A stretch of DNA of 64,000 nt from an uncultured Verrucomicrobiae bacterium (GTDB lineage Bacteria; Chlamydiota; Chlamydiia; Chlamydiales; Rhabdochlamydiaceae). The stretch is from contig CAWDYW010000001.1 of NCBI GenBank assembly GCA_963806855.1, positions 352,001 to 416,000 of the forward strand, read 5' to 3'. This document shows positions 10,270 through 19,536 of the stretch, one piece after another. The position numbers were made by a program, and so were the translations under genes. The notes beneath the pieces were generated by a model that was not told the DNA's origin, made no database searches, and worked only from the letters and a program-made list of their open reading frames with translations. Within the stretch, counting starts at the first letter, position 1. Each line of letters opens with the position of its first letter.

Positions 10270-10289
10270 ATGGTGCAATGATGGTGCAA
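10270..10289 (+). promoter_or_regulatory. Putative integrase arm-type binding sites (right), ATGGTGCAA x2
   Basis: 9-mers at 10270-10278 and 10281-10289. Confidence 0.65.
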
Positions 10290-10405
10290 GGACCAGTCCA
10301 TTATACCCTCAAAAATCCGCAAAATTCAGTTGCATCCATTCAATCAACGCTTTTATACTCATGCCCATAGCGATTGGATAATGCTGGATAAAGTACGACT
10401 TCCCC

Positions 10406-10461
10406 CTCACTTTTAATGAGGGGGTCGATGGTTCGAATCCATCAAGTCTCAAATTTCTATC
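10406..10461 (+). repeat. attR core (displaced tRNA 3' half)
   Basis: Identical to 73-128 except G104 vs A10437 in the T-loop. Confidence 0.93.
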
Positions 10462-10666
10462 CTATACTCAGTCAACCAGATCTCAAAAACGTTGGTTAAT
10501 CTGCACTCGCAACCTATTTACATAGTTTTGCTCAGTAATACAATTACAAAAAACATCTCCTTCATTGCGAAGCTTTGCATATACACTTATATTTTAAATG
10601 CAAATCCTCTTGATTAATTTAATGTGGTTATTATACAATTCACCACAATTTTTAAAGGGAGAGATT

Positions 10667-11518
10667 ATGAGTACAACTTTTGAACCAGTGAACGCATGGC
10701 TTAAGGAAAAGCTACCAGGTTGCGAGGTCAAGGAATCCGCATCGTGTGGATCTTCAACGATCTATCTCTTTCGAAGTGAAATAGCCAACCTTTGGGGGGT
10801 CTATATTCAGGGAAGTGAAATCGATGAACAGCAAATGCATAATATCTTAGAAGCGTGGAGTCAGAAGCAGTGTACGCCACAGATTGTTCTAGGTGACGAA
10901 CGGTGTTATTTCTTAGCTCAGCAGCATCTGTCCCAAGTATCACCTGATGGCAAATTGCTTAAAGGACGAGCGTCCCATGCGCAACCACTAGAAGCGCCCC
11001 CATCTGAAAAACAAGTCTCCCGTTCTGCAGCATACCCTCGCAGCTTAAGATTTGTTGAACTTTCAACAGCACAAATGCGAGTAATGGGTTTTGGTAACGT
11101 CAAATCTGATGCAAATCATGCGCTACACGTTGCAGAGAGGGCAAAGGATCAAGAGGCAATTGGAGGCAGCTGAAAAAGGCCCTCAAGTGGGCTGAAGTGC
11201 AATATGCTCACGCCAAAGCAGTTGTAAGATACAAAGCTACCCTTATGGTGCAGTGGGCATGAACAATGTCTTGCTCATTTGGAGAATATTGCTTGGAATA
11301 TGGAAAATGCACCAGCATATGCAGCTTTAAGAAAAGTGGGTCTTGCCAATGATTTCATTAGGAATTTTAGACTGCTTCATGCGGGGCTTTCTCATTTGCC
11401 ACAAATGAAAGAAGATATTCGGTCAATAGGAGGCTCTGGTCAATGCTTGTACCTATGGCATATTACAGCCGGGGCTTGCTTGTGTGTCCATCTATACATC
11501 ACTGCTGGCAATGCTTAA
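10667..11518 (+). pseudogene. Fragmented ORFs, probably the 5' part of the gene ending at 14879
   Basis: AAGGGAG RBS before ATG 10667, then a chain of abutting or overlapping short + strand frames leading into the 1131-aa ORF, which lacks an evident RBS. Confidence 0.45.
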
Positions 11519-14500
11519 TACCAGGGAAATTTCTCGCTCGCTCACCCAGAAGGAATTTTACGATGCTCTAAACGATAAGCTTCTACCGTTGATGGTTGAA
11601 ATGGGAGAGGTGCTAGCTGCGGGCCAAACAAGGCTGTCTGCGCAGATGCAAGGCCAAACTAATGCTTTCCTTATAAATTTAGGAGTTAGTCATGAGTCTC
11701 TTTCGCGTCTGATACAAAAACAGGGGGCGGAATCAGAGAAAAGGGATGATGTGACCAAGTTTGATCAATTTGTTGATCAGGCAACTAAGAGAGCTTCGAA
11801 CTATAATCAGCAGCTTGCAGATGCCTCGGCATTTATTAAAGGTAGGAAAGTTCAAGAGAACTGGTTTGATGAATACTGCAAACTGACACGCACAGTCCTC
11901 AATGGAGCCAAAGACCTTCCCAATCATGGATTTAATGGTACAGTTCTAACATTTCCTATCGACTGTATTGCAATGAATCCTCTCTATTGCACAGGAGCTT
12001 TGCATCAGAGAATTTTTGAAGACTTTAAGGAGATTCCTCCCGAGCTTCCTATTCTATATACAGCGGCGCACACATTCATTCTTGTTACAAAGGCTCTGCT
12101 TGAAAAGGAGGCAATATTTGAGCTAAATTGTCCAACCGATAGAAGTGCTGAACTTCTTGACCTGGCTGAAAAAATGCAAGCAGGCATTGAAAAACAACTT
12201 CAGCTTTTCGGTAGTCTTGATTCTCAACTAGATAAATTGATCAAAAGCCATGATGCATTCATTGCTTGGATAAAGAAAAATAAGGGGCTTTCAACAGCAG
12301 CTAGGGAAAGAAAAAGTGATACAGCTAAAGAATGGTGGAGAAATAACTGGCAAAGAGTGCTTCATAATCGTGTAGGTAAGGAAATGTTCCGATGGAACAA
12401 ATTTGTCCATTCTCCAATGAATTTAAAAAGCCATAAAGATGCGATGACAACGACACTACGACGTAGATCAATAGTAAGTGATTTTGCTATACCCTTTGTG
12501 CAGGCTGGTGCACTACTAGATTTATTGGGTGTTGATTATGCACTCAGTGTCAAAAGAAGTCCTCAAATCGCTGCTGCTTCTGCGCTGGAATCTAAAGGGA
12601 TTACACCAAATAGCTTAATGCGACTTGAGCCAGGGGTAAACGGCGACGGTTTGAAATATCGGATTTGGTCAGATGGAGCGGAGTTTAATTCATCAGTGAG
12701 TGTGAGAGCACTTCCCTATCTACCAGGTGCGAGCTTCTTTGCAAATCTTGTAGATGTAGATCTTGATGAAAAACCTAAAACTCCTCCGAAAAGGTCTCTA
12801 TTTGATTGTGAAGTAATATATGATGGCGGTAAATTTAATTTTGAATTTGCCTCCGACTCACGTTTGCAACAAAAGGATGTTGAAAGCATTCATAATGAGC
12901 CAATGGCATCAAATCGTCATATTAAAGTCCACGGTTTGATCATGGGAGTTGACGACCTCCTTCGTCCAGAAAATACTCAGCGCAAGATAGCTTTTGATCA
13001 ATTTAAAGATCGTTTTGAAGTGTGTTTACCTCTAGATAAAGACAGCTCTCTTCCGCCTCTACCTTTGCCAAAAACTTTGATGCTTTCAACGCTCAAACGC
13101 TTATGCCCTGAGTTTGAAAGATTGTCATTTGTAGGAAGTTTTGTTGACTTAAAGTATGAATTTATTCGGTCCGCAGATGGGGATAAATATCAACTCAGGC
13201 TTCATGCTATTGATGGATTCACGCAAATTGCTTTCAACTCTTGCACGATTTGCGAATTTGATGAAGGCACTGTAAAGGCTTGCTTAAAAGAGGGGCAAGA
13301 AGATTTTACCGAGTTTCTTTGCTGTGCCCTTTTTGCATTTTTTAACAATGTAGATATTCCTGGAAATAAAACTCACTATAATGCGAAAGAAGGCATTGTA
13401 GCTCCGGTTTTGACACCCTTTGTTGGATTATTTGCTGTTCTCGAAAAATTCCCACATCTCTGCTTTACATTTAATCATCGGCATTATGATGAAAAAGTGG
13501 CTGAGGATTTAGAGCATGCAATCGCTAGCGGAAAATTGGACGACAATCTAAAAAAACACTTCTTCAAAAGAAGTGATATACAAGTTGATGAAGAACACAT
13601 GGCATGGCAAGAAGTTTTTTCTAAAAGAAAAATGGCTATAGAAGAGTCTAATGAATATAAAGAGTTTAGAGATCAGCTGGCTATTTTCACCCCGCTTGCA
13701 AAACTCGTATGCAATCTGAATGACAATCAGATTGATGCCTTACTTGCCACAAAACTAAGAATTTTATCTCCCAAAGAGCCACAATGGATTGAACAAGCTT
13801 ATTATGATGCACGGTCATCCGATGGTGATAGAGATGAAGTCCGTAATGTATTGGCAATGGGCAGGTCGCCTGCAAAGGTGCGCCTTACATCTTATCAGGA
13901 GAGACTTGCCACAATTATCGATTTTCTTCGCTTTGCTAAAGGGCCTAATCCTGCTCGTCGAACCATCGCCATGAGTGCGCAAAAAGTGGTCGCTAAAGAG
14001 TTAGAAATCGAGGGTGCAAAAGCCCGTGCTGATGTAGGAAAAGATACATACCAAAGACCTATCTTGAAGAGCCCATTCGAGCAGAATCCACAGGGAAAAG
14101 CAGAAGAAGGAGCTAAGGTCCCCCAGGCACCAGCAGCTCAAGGCGTGCCTGAAGCAACATCATCTAATAGACCAGTAAAAAGTAAAATTAAGATGGGGCA
14201 TTTACCTGGAACCCTGACTATGAATGTACTGGATACTACCGTCCAAGAAGTTGAAAATGCTGTTTTCTCTGAGGGACGTATCTATGGGGATGGCAATTGT
14301 GGTTTTTCGGCAACGAATACAAGTCGAAATGAGGTCGTGAAGTATCTTCTCGAACATGCGGAGGACGAAGAGATTCGCAAGCTAGTGGTAGCGGATGTCA
14401 TGAATTGGTTTATAAGTGGTGAAGGAGAAGACTTCAAGAATAGTATTCCTCAGAAGCTCTGGGAATTTCGAGTACGTTGTACTAGTTCCGACGGAAATCA

Positions 14501-14879
14501 GGCTGAATTGTTAAAACTGGCGCAAACCAAAGAGTTATTTGAAGCTTATATCCAAAATTACTTGTGTAAGTCCGGGCAGCTAACTCTTGCTGATGATGAT
14601 GAACCAGGTGTCATGGGAGCCATTGCAAAGATGAAAGGATTGCAAATTCGAGTTTGGGAGCGTGTCGGGGAGTGTGTGATCCAGATGAGACATGTCTATG
14701 GTGATGAAAAAGATAAAGATCATACGTTAGATATACTTTATCGTCCTGCTGATAAGGGTAGAAATAATGGGCATTTTAACAAATTGCTTCCATCTGAAGA
14801 AGATTATGCGAATCCTATAAAAACGGGAGATTGGTATAAAAAGGGAGCTGTAGTATTTTCTCCTCGCGTTGATGATTAG
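11484..14879 (+). CDS. Large hypothetical protein with C-terminal OTU-like cysteine protease domain (candidate effector)
   Basis: IYGDGNCGF (Cys codon 14298) and NGHFNKL (His codon 14772), preceded by a low-complexity linker. Confidence 0.7.
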   Translation: MSIYTSLLAMLNTREISRSLTQKEFYDALNDKLLPLMVEMGEVLAAGQTRLSAQMQGQTNAFLINLGVSHESLSRLIQKQGAESEKRDDVTKFDQFVDQATKRASNYNQQLADASAFIKGRKVQENWFDEYCKLTRTVLNGAKDLPNHGFNGTVLTFPIDCIAMNPLYCTGALHQRIFEDFKEIPPELPILYTAAHTFILVTKALLEKEAIFELNCPTDRSAELLDLAEKMQAGIEKQLQLFGSLDSQLDKLIKSHDAFIAWIKKNKGLSTAARERKSDTAKEWWRNNWQRVLHNRVGKEMFRWNKFVHSPMNLKSHKDAMTTTLRRRSIVSDFAIPFVQAGALLDLLGVDYALSVKRSPQIAAASALESKGITPNSLMRLEPGVNGDGLKYRIWSDGAEFNSSVSVRALPYLPGASFFANLVDVDLDEKPKTPPKRSLFDCEVIYDGGKFNFEFASDSRLQQKDVESIHNEPMASNRHIKVHGLIMGVDDLLRPENTQRKIAFDQFKDRFEVCLPLDKDSSLPPLPLPKTLMLSTLKRLCPEFERLSFVGSFVDLKYEFIRSADGDKYQLRLHAIDGFTQIAFNSCTICEFDEGTVKACLKEGQEDFTEFLCCALFAFFNNVDIPGNKTHYNAKEGIVAPVLTPFVGLFAVLEKFPHLCFTFNHRHYDEKVAEDLEHAIASGKLDDNLKKHFFKRSDIQVDEEHMAWQEVFSKRKMAIEESNEYKEFRDQLAIFTPLAKLVCNLNDNQIDALLATKLRILSPKEPQWIEQAYYDARSSDGDRDEVRNVLAMGRSPAKVRLTSYQERLATIIDFLRFAKGPNPARRTIAMSAQKVVAKELEIEGAKARADVGKDTYQRPILKSPFEQNPQGKAEEGAKVPQAPAAQGVPEATSSNRPVKSKIKMGHLPGTLTMNVLDTTVQEVENAVFSEGRIYGDGNCGFSATNTSRNEVVKYLLEHAEDEEIRKLVVADVMNWFISGEGEDFKNSIPQKLWEFRVRCTSSDGNQAELLKLAQTKELFEAYIQNYLCKSGQLTLADDDEPGVMGAIAKMKGLQIRVWERVGECVIQMRHVYGDEKDKDHTLDILYRPADKGRNNGHFNKLLPSEEDYANPIKTGDWYKKGAVVFSPRVDD

Positions 14880-14902
14880 AAAGTATAAGAAATTTCGGCA
14901 TA

Positions 14903-14950
14903 TATACCCCGACTCGCCCAAAAGTGTGAATTCGGACGGCGCGGGGTATA
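14903..14950. terminator. Hairpin between convergent genes
   Basis: TATACCCCG...CGGGGTATA inverted repeat. Confidence 0.5.
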
Positions 14951-14961
14951 ACTTTTGAACT

Positions 14962-15708
14962 TTAATTCGAAAAAGGCTCTTTAAGACCATTGATTGCCGC
15001 AGTTCCTAGTTGAGAACATGATAACCATTGGCCATAGAGAGGGAGGATAGAAGTGGATTTTTCAACAGAATCGTACCAGGGCAGTTTCTGACAATCTTCT
15101 GGTAAAAGAGCATATAAAAAATCAGTCTTACAATTAACCGCGCCTTTTTTTACTTTATCTTCTGATGGTGGTGGAAAAAATCCTCTAAGCTTTCCTTCAT
15201 AGTGAAATCCACATTTTTCAATGACTCGAATGCTTGCTGGATTTTCTGAGGCGCTTCCTACTTGCAAACGCTTGACCTGAAGACACTGGAATGAGACCAT
15301 CGTAATGATTTGCGTTGCTAGCGTGGCCAATCCTTTATTCATATGACGTGGAGATATCCAATAGCCAATTTCCCAGCAATCGGGGTTAAATGGGGTTGCC
15401 GGCATAATCCCCACAGAGCCAAGAAGTTCGCCAGTTCTCAGATCGAAACAACCCCACTCAAAAACTGTGCCTAAAAAATATGCAGCGTGCTGTTGAACAA
15501 CCTCCAGAAGACATTCCTCAAAATTCCATTCTTTAACCGGCCAAAGCATAAATTTGTAAAGCCAAGGGAGCGAATCTTTTAATACTTGTTGGAAATTTTC
15601 TGCATCATCTGCCTCAAATGGCCTTAAACTAAGTTGTGTGTCTCCATGTTTGTATTCAATTCTTTTTGGTGGAAAACGGCGAGAAAGCAATGGCTTAGAT
15701 GCTGACAT
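14962..15708 (-). CDS. GNAT acetyltransferase, RimJ/RimL family
   Basis: EIGYWI..KGLAT and ENPASIRVIEKCGFHYEG motifs. Confidence 0.9.
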   Translation of the reverse strand: MSASKPLLSRRFPPKRIEYKHGDTQLSLRPFEADDAENFQQVLKDSLPWLYKFMLWPVKEWNFEECLLEVVQQHAAYFLGTVFEWGCFDLRTGELLGSVGIMPATPFNPDCWEIGYWISPRHMNKGLATLATQIITMVSFQCLQVKRLQVGSASENPASIRVIEKCGFHYEGKLRGFFPPPSEDKVKKGAVNCKTDFLYALLPEDCQKLPWYDSVEKSTSILPLYGQWLSCSQLGTAAINGLKEPFSN

Positions 15709-15890
15709 TTTTTGTAAGACTCCGCGAGGTTATTCCCCAGAAACTTTAAAAAAGTGGAATATCTAGTAATATGCCCTAACTTCGGGCTTCCTTTCAAGAT
15801 CTAATCTTGAACACGATTTTTCCGAGTGGGTTTCTTTTTTTGATGGGATTGACAGCTTGAACTCTGCTTGGTCAATCCCCTTTTCAATAA

Positions 15891-17024
15891 TCACATCCCG
15901 TATGGAGCCGATCTTTTTCGAAGATTAGTAGTGGTTTCCAAAATCCAACCTGATAGGGTATCTAAAACTACAGGTGCAATAGTTTCTTCAATTTTTCCAT
16001 ACTCTAAAATAGATCCAGATTCACATGTTTGAAAAAAATGGTTCAGTTTTGGCAATTCAATAATCCTATAATTTCGGTTCCCAGCCTCTTCAAGAATTTT
16101 GGCGATGACAGGAAGATTTTGTTTGGGAGGAACTTGGCAATCGAGTTCGCCATAGATCACCAAAACAGGAATCTTAAGATGCTTTAATGAGGTTATTGGA
16201 TCGTAAGTCAAAAAATATCGGAACCATCTTGAGTTGATACGCTTAATTTGGGCTTCGATGGTGTCCGCACATGATTGTTGCTCCTCTTTGGGTAGATTGG
16301 CTAACTGTTTTGCGACAATTTCTCGTAGCAGTTTATCAGCTTTTTCAAGATCAGATTCATTTATGATTACAGACAATACTTGCTTCTGAAAATCAATTTG
16401 ATGACTTATCTGTTCTTCCGTAACTCCCAAAGCACGAGAAATCAGAGTTTCTTGCTCATAAAGAGTTGCTTCACCGGTTACGCCGCCGCCTGCCATTAAC
16501 ACGATAAAAGCTACGTCCTTCGATTTAACCGCTACCATTGGAGCAATCAGCCCCCCTTCGCTATGACCAATCAAACCTATCAGTTCTGCATCAACTTCCT
16601 TCCGAGTTTTCAAATATTCAATACCAGCTATTACGTCAGCAGCAAAATCTTCAGTAGTCGAAACGTCGTAATTTCCCGTTGATTGCCCAACCCCACGCTT
16701 ATCTACGCGTAATACTGCAAAACCTCGTTTTGTAAGATGGTCAGCTAAGACCAAAAAAGGCTTGTGTCCAAATACTGTTTCATCACGATCAATTCGGCCA
16801 GAGCCAGCAATGAGTAAAACAGCAGGAGATGGTTTTCCTGACCTGGGAAGAGTTAAAGTGCCGGCCAAGGTTACGTCTGCAGTTAAGTTAGAGTATTTAA
16901 CCTCTTCTTCATCGTAAGAAATGGCGCTTTTTGGCTCCTGAGGACGTAAAGGTGCAGAAACCTCTTTAGGTAATTCATCTGCAGCAGCTATCAGACTGAG
17001 TACAGTAAACAATTGTTTAATCAT
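15891..17024 (-). CDS. Alpha/beta hydrolase
   Basis: LAGTLTLP, RVDKRGVG, GHSEGG nucleophile elbow, LNHFFQ. Confidence 0.9.
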   Translation of the reverse strand: MIKQLFTVLSLIAAADELPKEVSAPLRPQEPKSAISYDEEEVKYSNLTADVTLAGTLTLPRSGKPSPAVLLIAGSGRIDRDETVFGHKPFLVLADHLTKRGFAVLRVDKRGVGQSTGNYDVSTTEDFAADVIAGIEYLKTRKEVDAELIGLIGHSEGGLIAPMVAVKSKDVAFIVLMAGGGVTGEATLYEQETLISRALGVTEEQISHQIDFQKQVLSVIINESDLEKADKLLREIVAKQLANLPKEEQQSCADTIEAQIKRINSRWFRYFLTYDPITSLKHLKIPVLVIYGELDCQVPPKQNLPVIAKILEEAGNRNYRIIELPKLNHFFQTCESGSILEYGKIEETIAPVVLDTLSGWILETTTNLRKRSAPYGM

Positions 17025-17121
17025 CCGAGTCCTCGTTTTATATTCTAGTATGTCCAGAAAGCTATAAGATGTGATGGCAGATTATCGCAGATTGAACATA
17101 ATTGCCTCAATCGAAAAGGTT

Positions 17122-17253
17122 TGGTGCAACAGCGAGCTCATTGCACCTGCAAAGATCCGCAATACTCGGTTGCATCCATCAAGCAGCTACCTTACAATCA
17201 TGCTCATAGTGACTAATGCTCATCTCATCAAGATGGGCACCGATGATTCCAAT
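17122..17253 (+). repeat. Degenerate second copy of the island right end (eroded attR)
   Basis: Collinear with 10282-10340 at offset 6840 (hand count 44/59 identical). Similarity continues to CATGCTCATAG and to a remnant CGATGATTCCAAT of the tRNA core. Confidence 0.6.
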
Positions 17254-17267
17254 GAAAATCGAAGAGT

Positions 17268-18722
17268 CTATTTTTTTGATAGCCTCAATTTGTCTTCTAC
17301 GCCCAAATAACTAGAATATGCATTGGGTTCTCTGATATTAAACTTAAGCCCTACTTCTTCGGGTTTAAGGGTAAGCATTCCTTTTGCTGATAAATTCGTT
17401 TTTTTTGGTGTTGAAGTAATAACATATTTTTCCAAAGCCGCAGAAATAAAAGTCGATATTTCATTTTCTGCCAATGGCCTGCCAGGACACGCGTGATGCC
17501 CAACACTAAATACCATGGTTGGATATTGATTTGCATATGACGTGCTTGAAGAACGAACTTGATGTTCATCTTTTCCAGCAAGATAGGGAGAGCACATGAT
17601 TCTCTCTCCTTTCGAAATGGGATATTGCCACTCTATGTTGCCCTTATTTTTGACAGTAATGATCAGGTCTTCACGTGCGACACGGGCAAAGGTATAAACT
17701 GGAGGAAAGATTCTAAGACAGTCTCTTATAAATGGATCTAGGACAGAAGCATCTTTTATAATTTCATCTTGGACGTCTGTCCGTTGGCCAAGGCGCCATA
17801 GAATAGAGTGCAGAGCTGTTGAAGTGGTTTCTGATCCTGCAATATAAACGAGCATCAATGTCCCAAAAATTCGTATTTCAGACATTCCTTTCTCACGAAG
17901 AAACTCTACAAATTCTCCACTACTTGATTGAATTGCCTTACTGAGTTTGTCTTTGGCCCATTTATACTCTTCTCTTTGTGCTGCGTTAGAACTAAACATT
18001 AGCCAATAATTCATCGCTATTGATGCGGCCCGGCCAATTTCTTGACATTCTTTTAAAGAAAGAGTTGGGTCTAAACAAAGACGAGAAAGAACAGCGACAG
18101 TAAGTGTTTCTGTGAGCTCTCTTGCAGAAATCTCTTTTCCATCTTTTTGCTCTATTGAATCGAGAATTTCTTTAGTAACCTCTTTTAGTACCGGTTGCAT
18201 CCGCTCGCGAGCATTTGATTTAAGAAAAAATTCCATGAAAGGGCTTCTTAAATCTTTGGTGTTTTCTCTGGAGCAAGTGAATAAAAAATCTTCTTTAGAA
18301 ATCTCATTTTTGTATTCAGGGAATAGGTCTCCTAAAAGGTTTAGAAAACTTGACTTTTCGGGCGTCTCAAATAGACCATCGGGATCATGTCGAAAATGAC
18401 GAAAAGCAACCTCATGGATGAGTTTCGGAGAAGAGACAATATGAAAGGTATTGGATAATAGCGGCATGGGCGTGACTGCACTGCCCCTATAAGTTTGGTC
18501 TAAAATTCCAGCAAGATCCTGGTCTCTCAGAAATTGATAGGCATTACAAGCGCCCTGAAGACTGTTTAATGGAAAATTAACCATCCAATTAAACCAGTTA
18601 GTTGCTTTGGCGCATGTACTATGGTTTGCAAGTTTGATACTCACTTCAGAATCTTCATTAACAGACAGCCGAGGCGGGGTTCTATAACCACCAAGAGTAT
18701 AAATCGTTTTCAAAATACTCAT
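17268..18722 (-). CDS. Cytochrome P450
   Basis: I-helix AGSETT, heme motif FSVGHHACPG, K-helix DCLR. Confidence 0.88.
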   Translation of the reverse strand: MSILKTIYTLGGYRTPPRLSVNEDSEVSIKLANHSTCAKATNWFNWMVNFPLNSLQGACNAYQFLRDQDLAGILDQTYRGSAVTPMPLLSNTFHIVSSPKLIHEVAFRHFRHDPDGLFETPEKSSFLNLLGDLFPEYKNEISKEDFLFTCSRENTKDLRSPFMEFFLKSNARERMQPVLKEVTKEILDSIEQKDGKEISARELTETLTVAVLSRLCLDPTLSLKECQEIGRAASIAMNYWLMFSSNAAQREEYKWAKDKLSKAIQSSSGEFVEFLREKGMSEIRIFGTLMLVYIAGSETTSTALHSILWRLGQRTDVQDEIIKDASVLDPFIRDCLRIFPPVYTFARVAREDLIITVKNKGNIEWQYPISKGERIMCSPYLAGKDEHQVRSSSTSYANQYPTMVFSVGHHACPGRPLAENEISTFISAALEKYVITSTPKKTNLSAKGMLTLKPEEVGLKFNIREPNAYSSYLGVEDKLRLSKK

Positions 18723-18781
18723 AGTAATCTCCTTTAAGGTTATGAAAGATCATTCCTTCAAATCGTCTATGAGTATACGCA

Positions 18782-18802
18782 ATTGACCGACCGTCGGTCA
18801 AT
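18782..18802. promoter_or_regulatory. TetR-type operator palindrome overlapping the P450 promoter
   Basis: ATTGACCGAC-C-GTCGGTCAAT perfect 10-bp arms. On the minus strand TTGACC-18-TATACT overlaps it. Confidence 0.75.
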
Positions 18803-18865
18803 CACTAAAAAAAGATTGACCCTCAGGGGCTATGCTTTATAATGTAAGTAACTAAGGGTGAATCT

Positions 18866-19492
18866 ATGGCTAGAATTGTGAAAAAATCTGCAGAACGGAA
18901 AGCGGATATTGTGACCGCTGCTCGCCGCCTATTCCAGACCCAAGAATATGACAAAACAAGCATGCAAGACATTATGGATGCCCTCGACATTGCTAAAGGC
19001 ACCATATACCACTATTTCAAATCCAAAGAAGCTCTTCTTGAAGCTGTTATTGAAGACATTGTCGAGAAAAACATCGAACAAATGCAAACTCTCCTCAAAA
19101 ATGCTCGTGGCAATGCCTTGCAGAAAATGGAACTTCTAGTGAAGGCGGGCGACATGGCCGCAGATAACAAAGACATTTTAGACCATCTGCATAAACCAGG
19201 CAATGATGCGATGCACATCCGACTCCTCGCAGCAACTCTAGTAAAACTCGCCCCTCTGTATGCAGAGGTGATCCAACAAGGCTGTGATGAAGGGATCTTT
19301 AAATCAGAAACACCCCTCGAATGTGCAGAATTTATCCTTTGTGCAATTCAGTTTCTTACCGACATGGGGATTTACTCATGGACGCAAAAAGATTTAAACC
19401 GCCGAATACAAGCCTTTCCGAAATTAATAGAGCAGCAACTGCAGGCGCCGTCTGGGTCCTTCCAATTTCTCATTGCATATATGAATGGCTGA
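18866..19492 (+). CDS. TetR/AcrR family transcriptional regulator
   Basis: HTH TSMQDIMDALDIAKGTIYHYFKSKEAL; promoter TTGACC-16-TATAAT at 18816-18843. Confidence 0.95.
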   Translation: MARIVKKSAERKADIVTAARRLFQTQEYDKTSMQDIMDALDIAKGTIYHYFKSKEALLEAVIEDIVEKNIEQMQTLLKNARGNALQKMELLVKAGDMAADNKDILDHLHKPGNDAMHIRLLAATLVKLAPLYAEVIQQGCDEGIFKSETPLECAEFILCAIQFLTDMGIYSWTQKDLNRRIQAFPKLIEQQLQAPSGSFQFLIAYMNG

Positions 19493-19500
19493 AAGATTTA

Positions 19501-19531
19501 TATAAAGCCCCATATCAAATGGGGCTTTATA
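19501..19531. terminator. Bidirectional terminator-like hairpin
   Basis: TATAAAGCCCCAT-ATCAA-ATGGGGCTTTATA between convergent genes. Confidence 0.7.
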
Positions 19532-19536
19532 GAGCT

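Larger units (their letters stand above)
73..10461. mobile_element. Integrative genomic island (satellite/PICI-like layout) inserted in tRNA-Lys
   Basis: 56-bp direct repeat of the tRNA 3' half at 73-128 and 10406-10461 (1 mismatch), with an adjacent tyrosine integrase and excisionase-like and replication ATPase genes. Confidence 0.93.
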
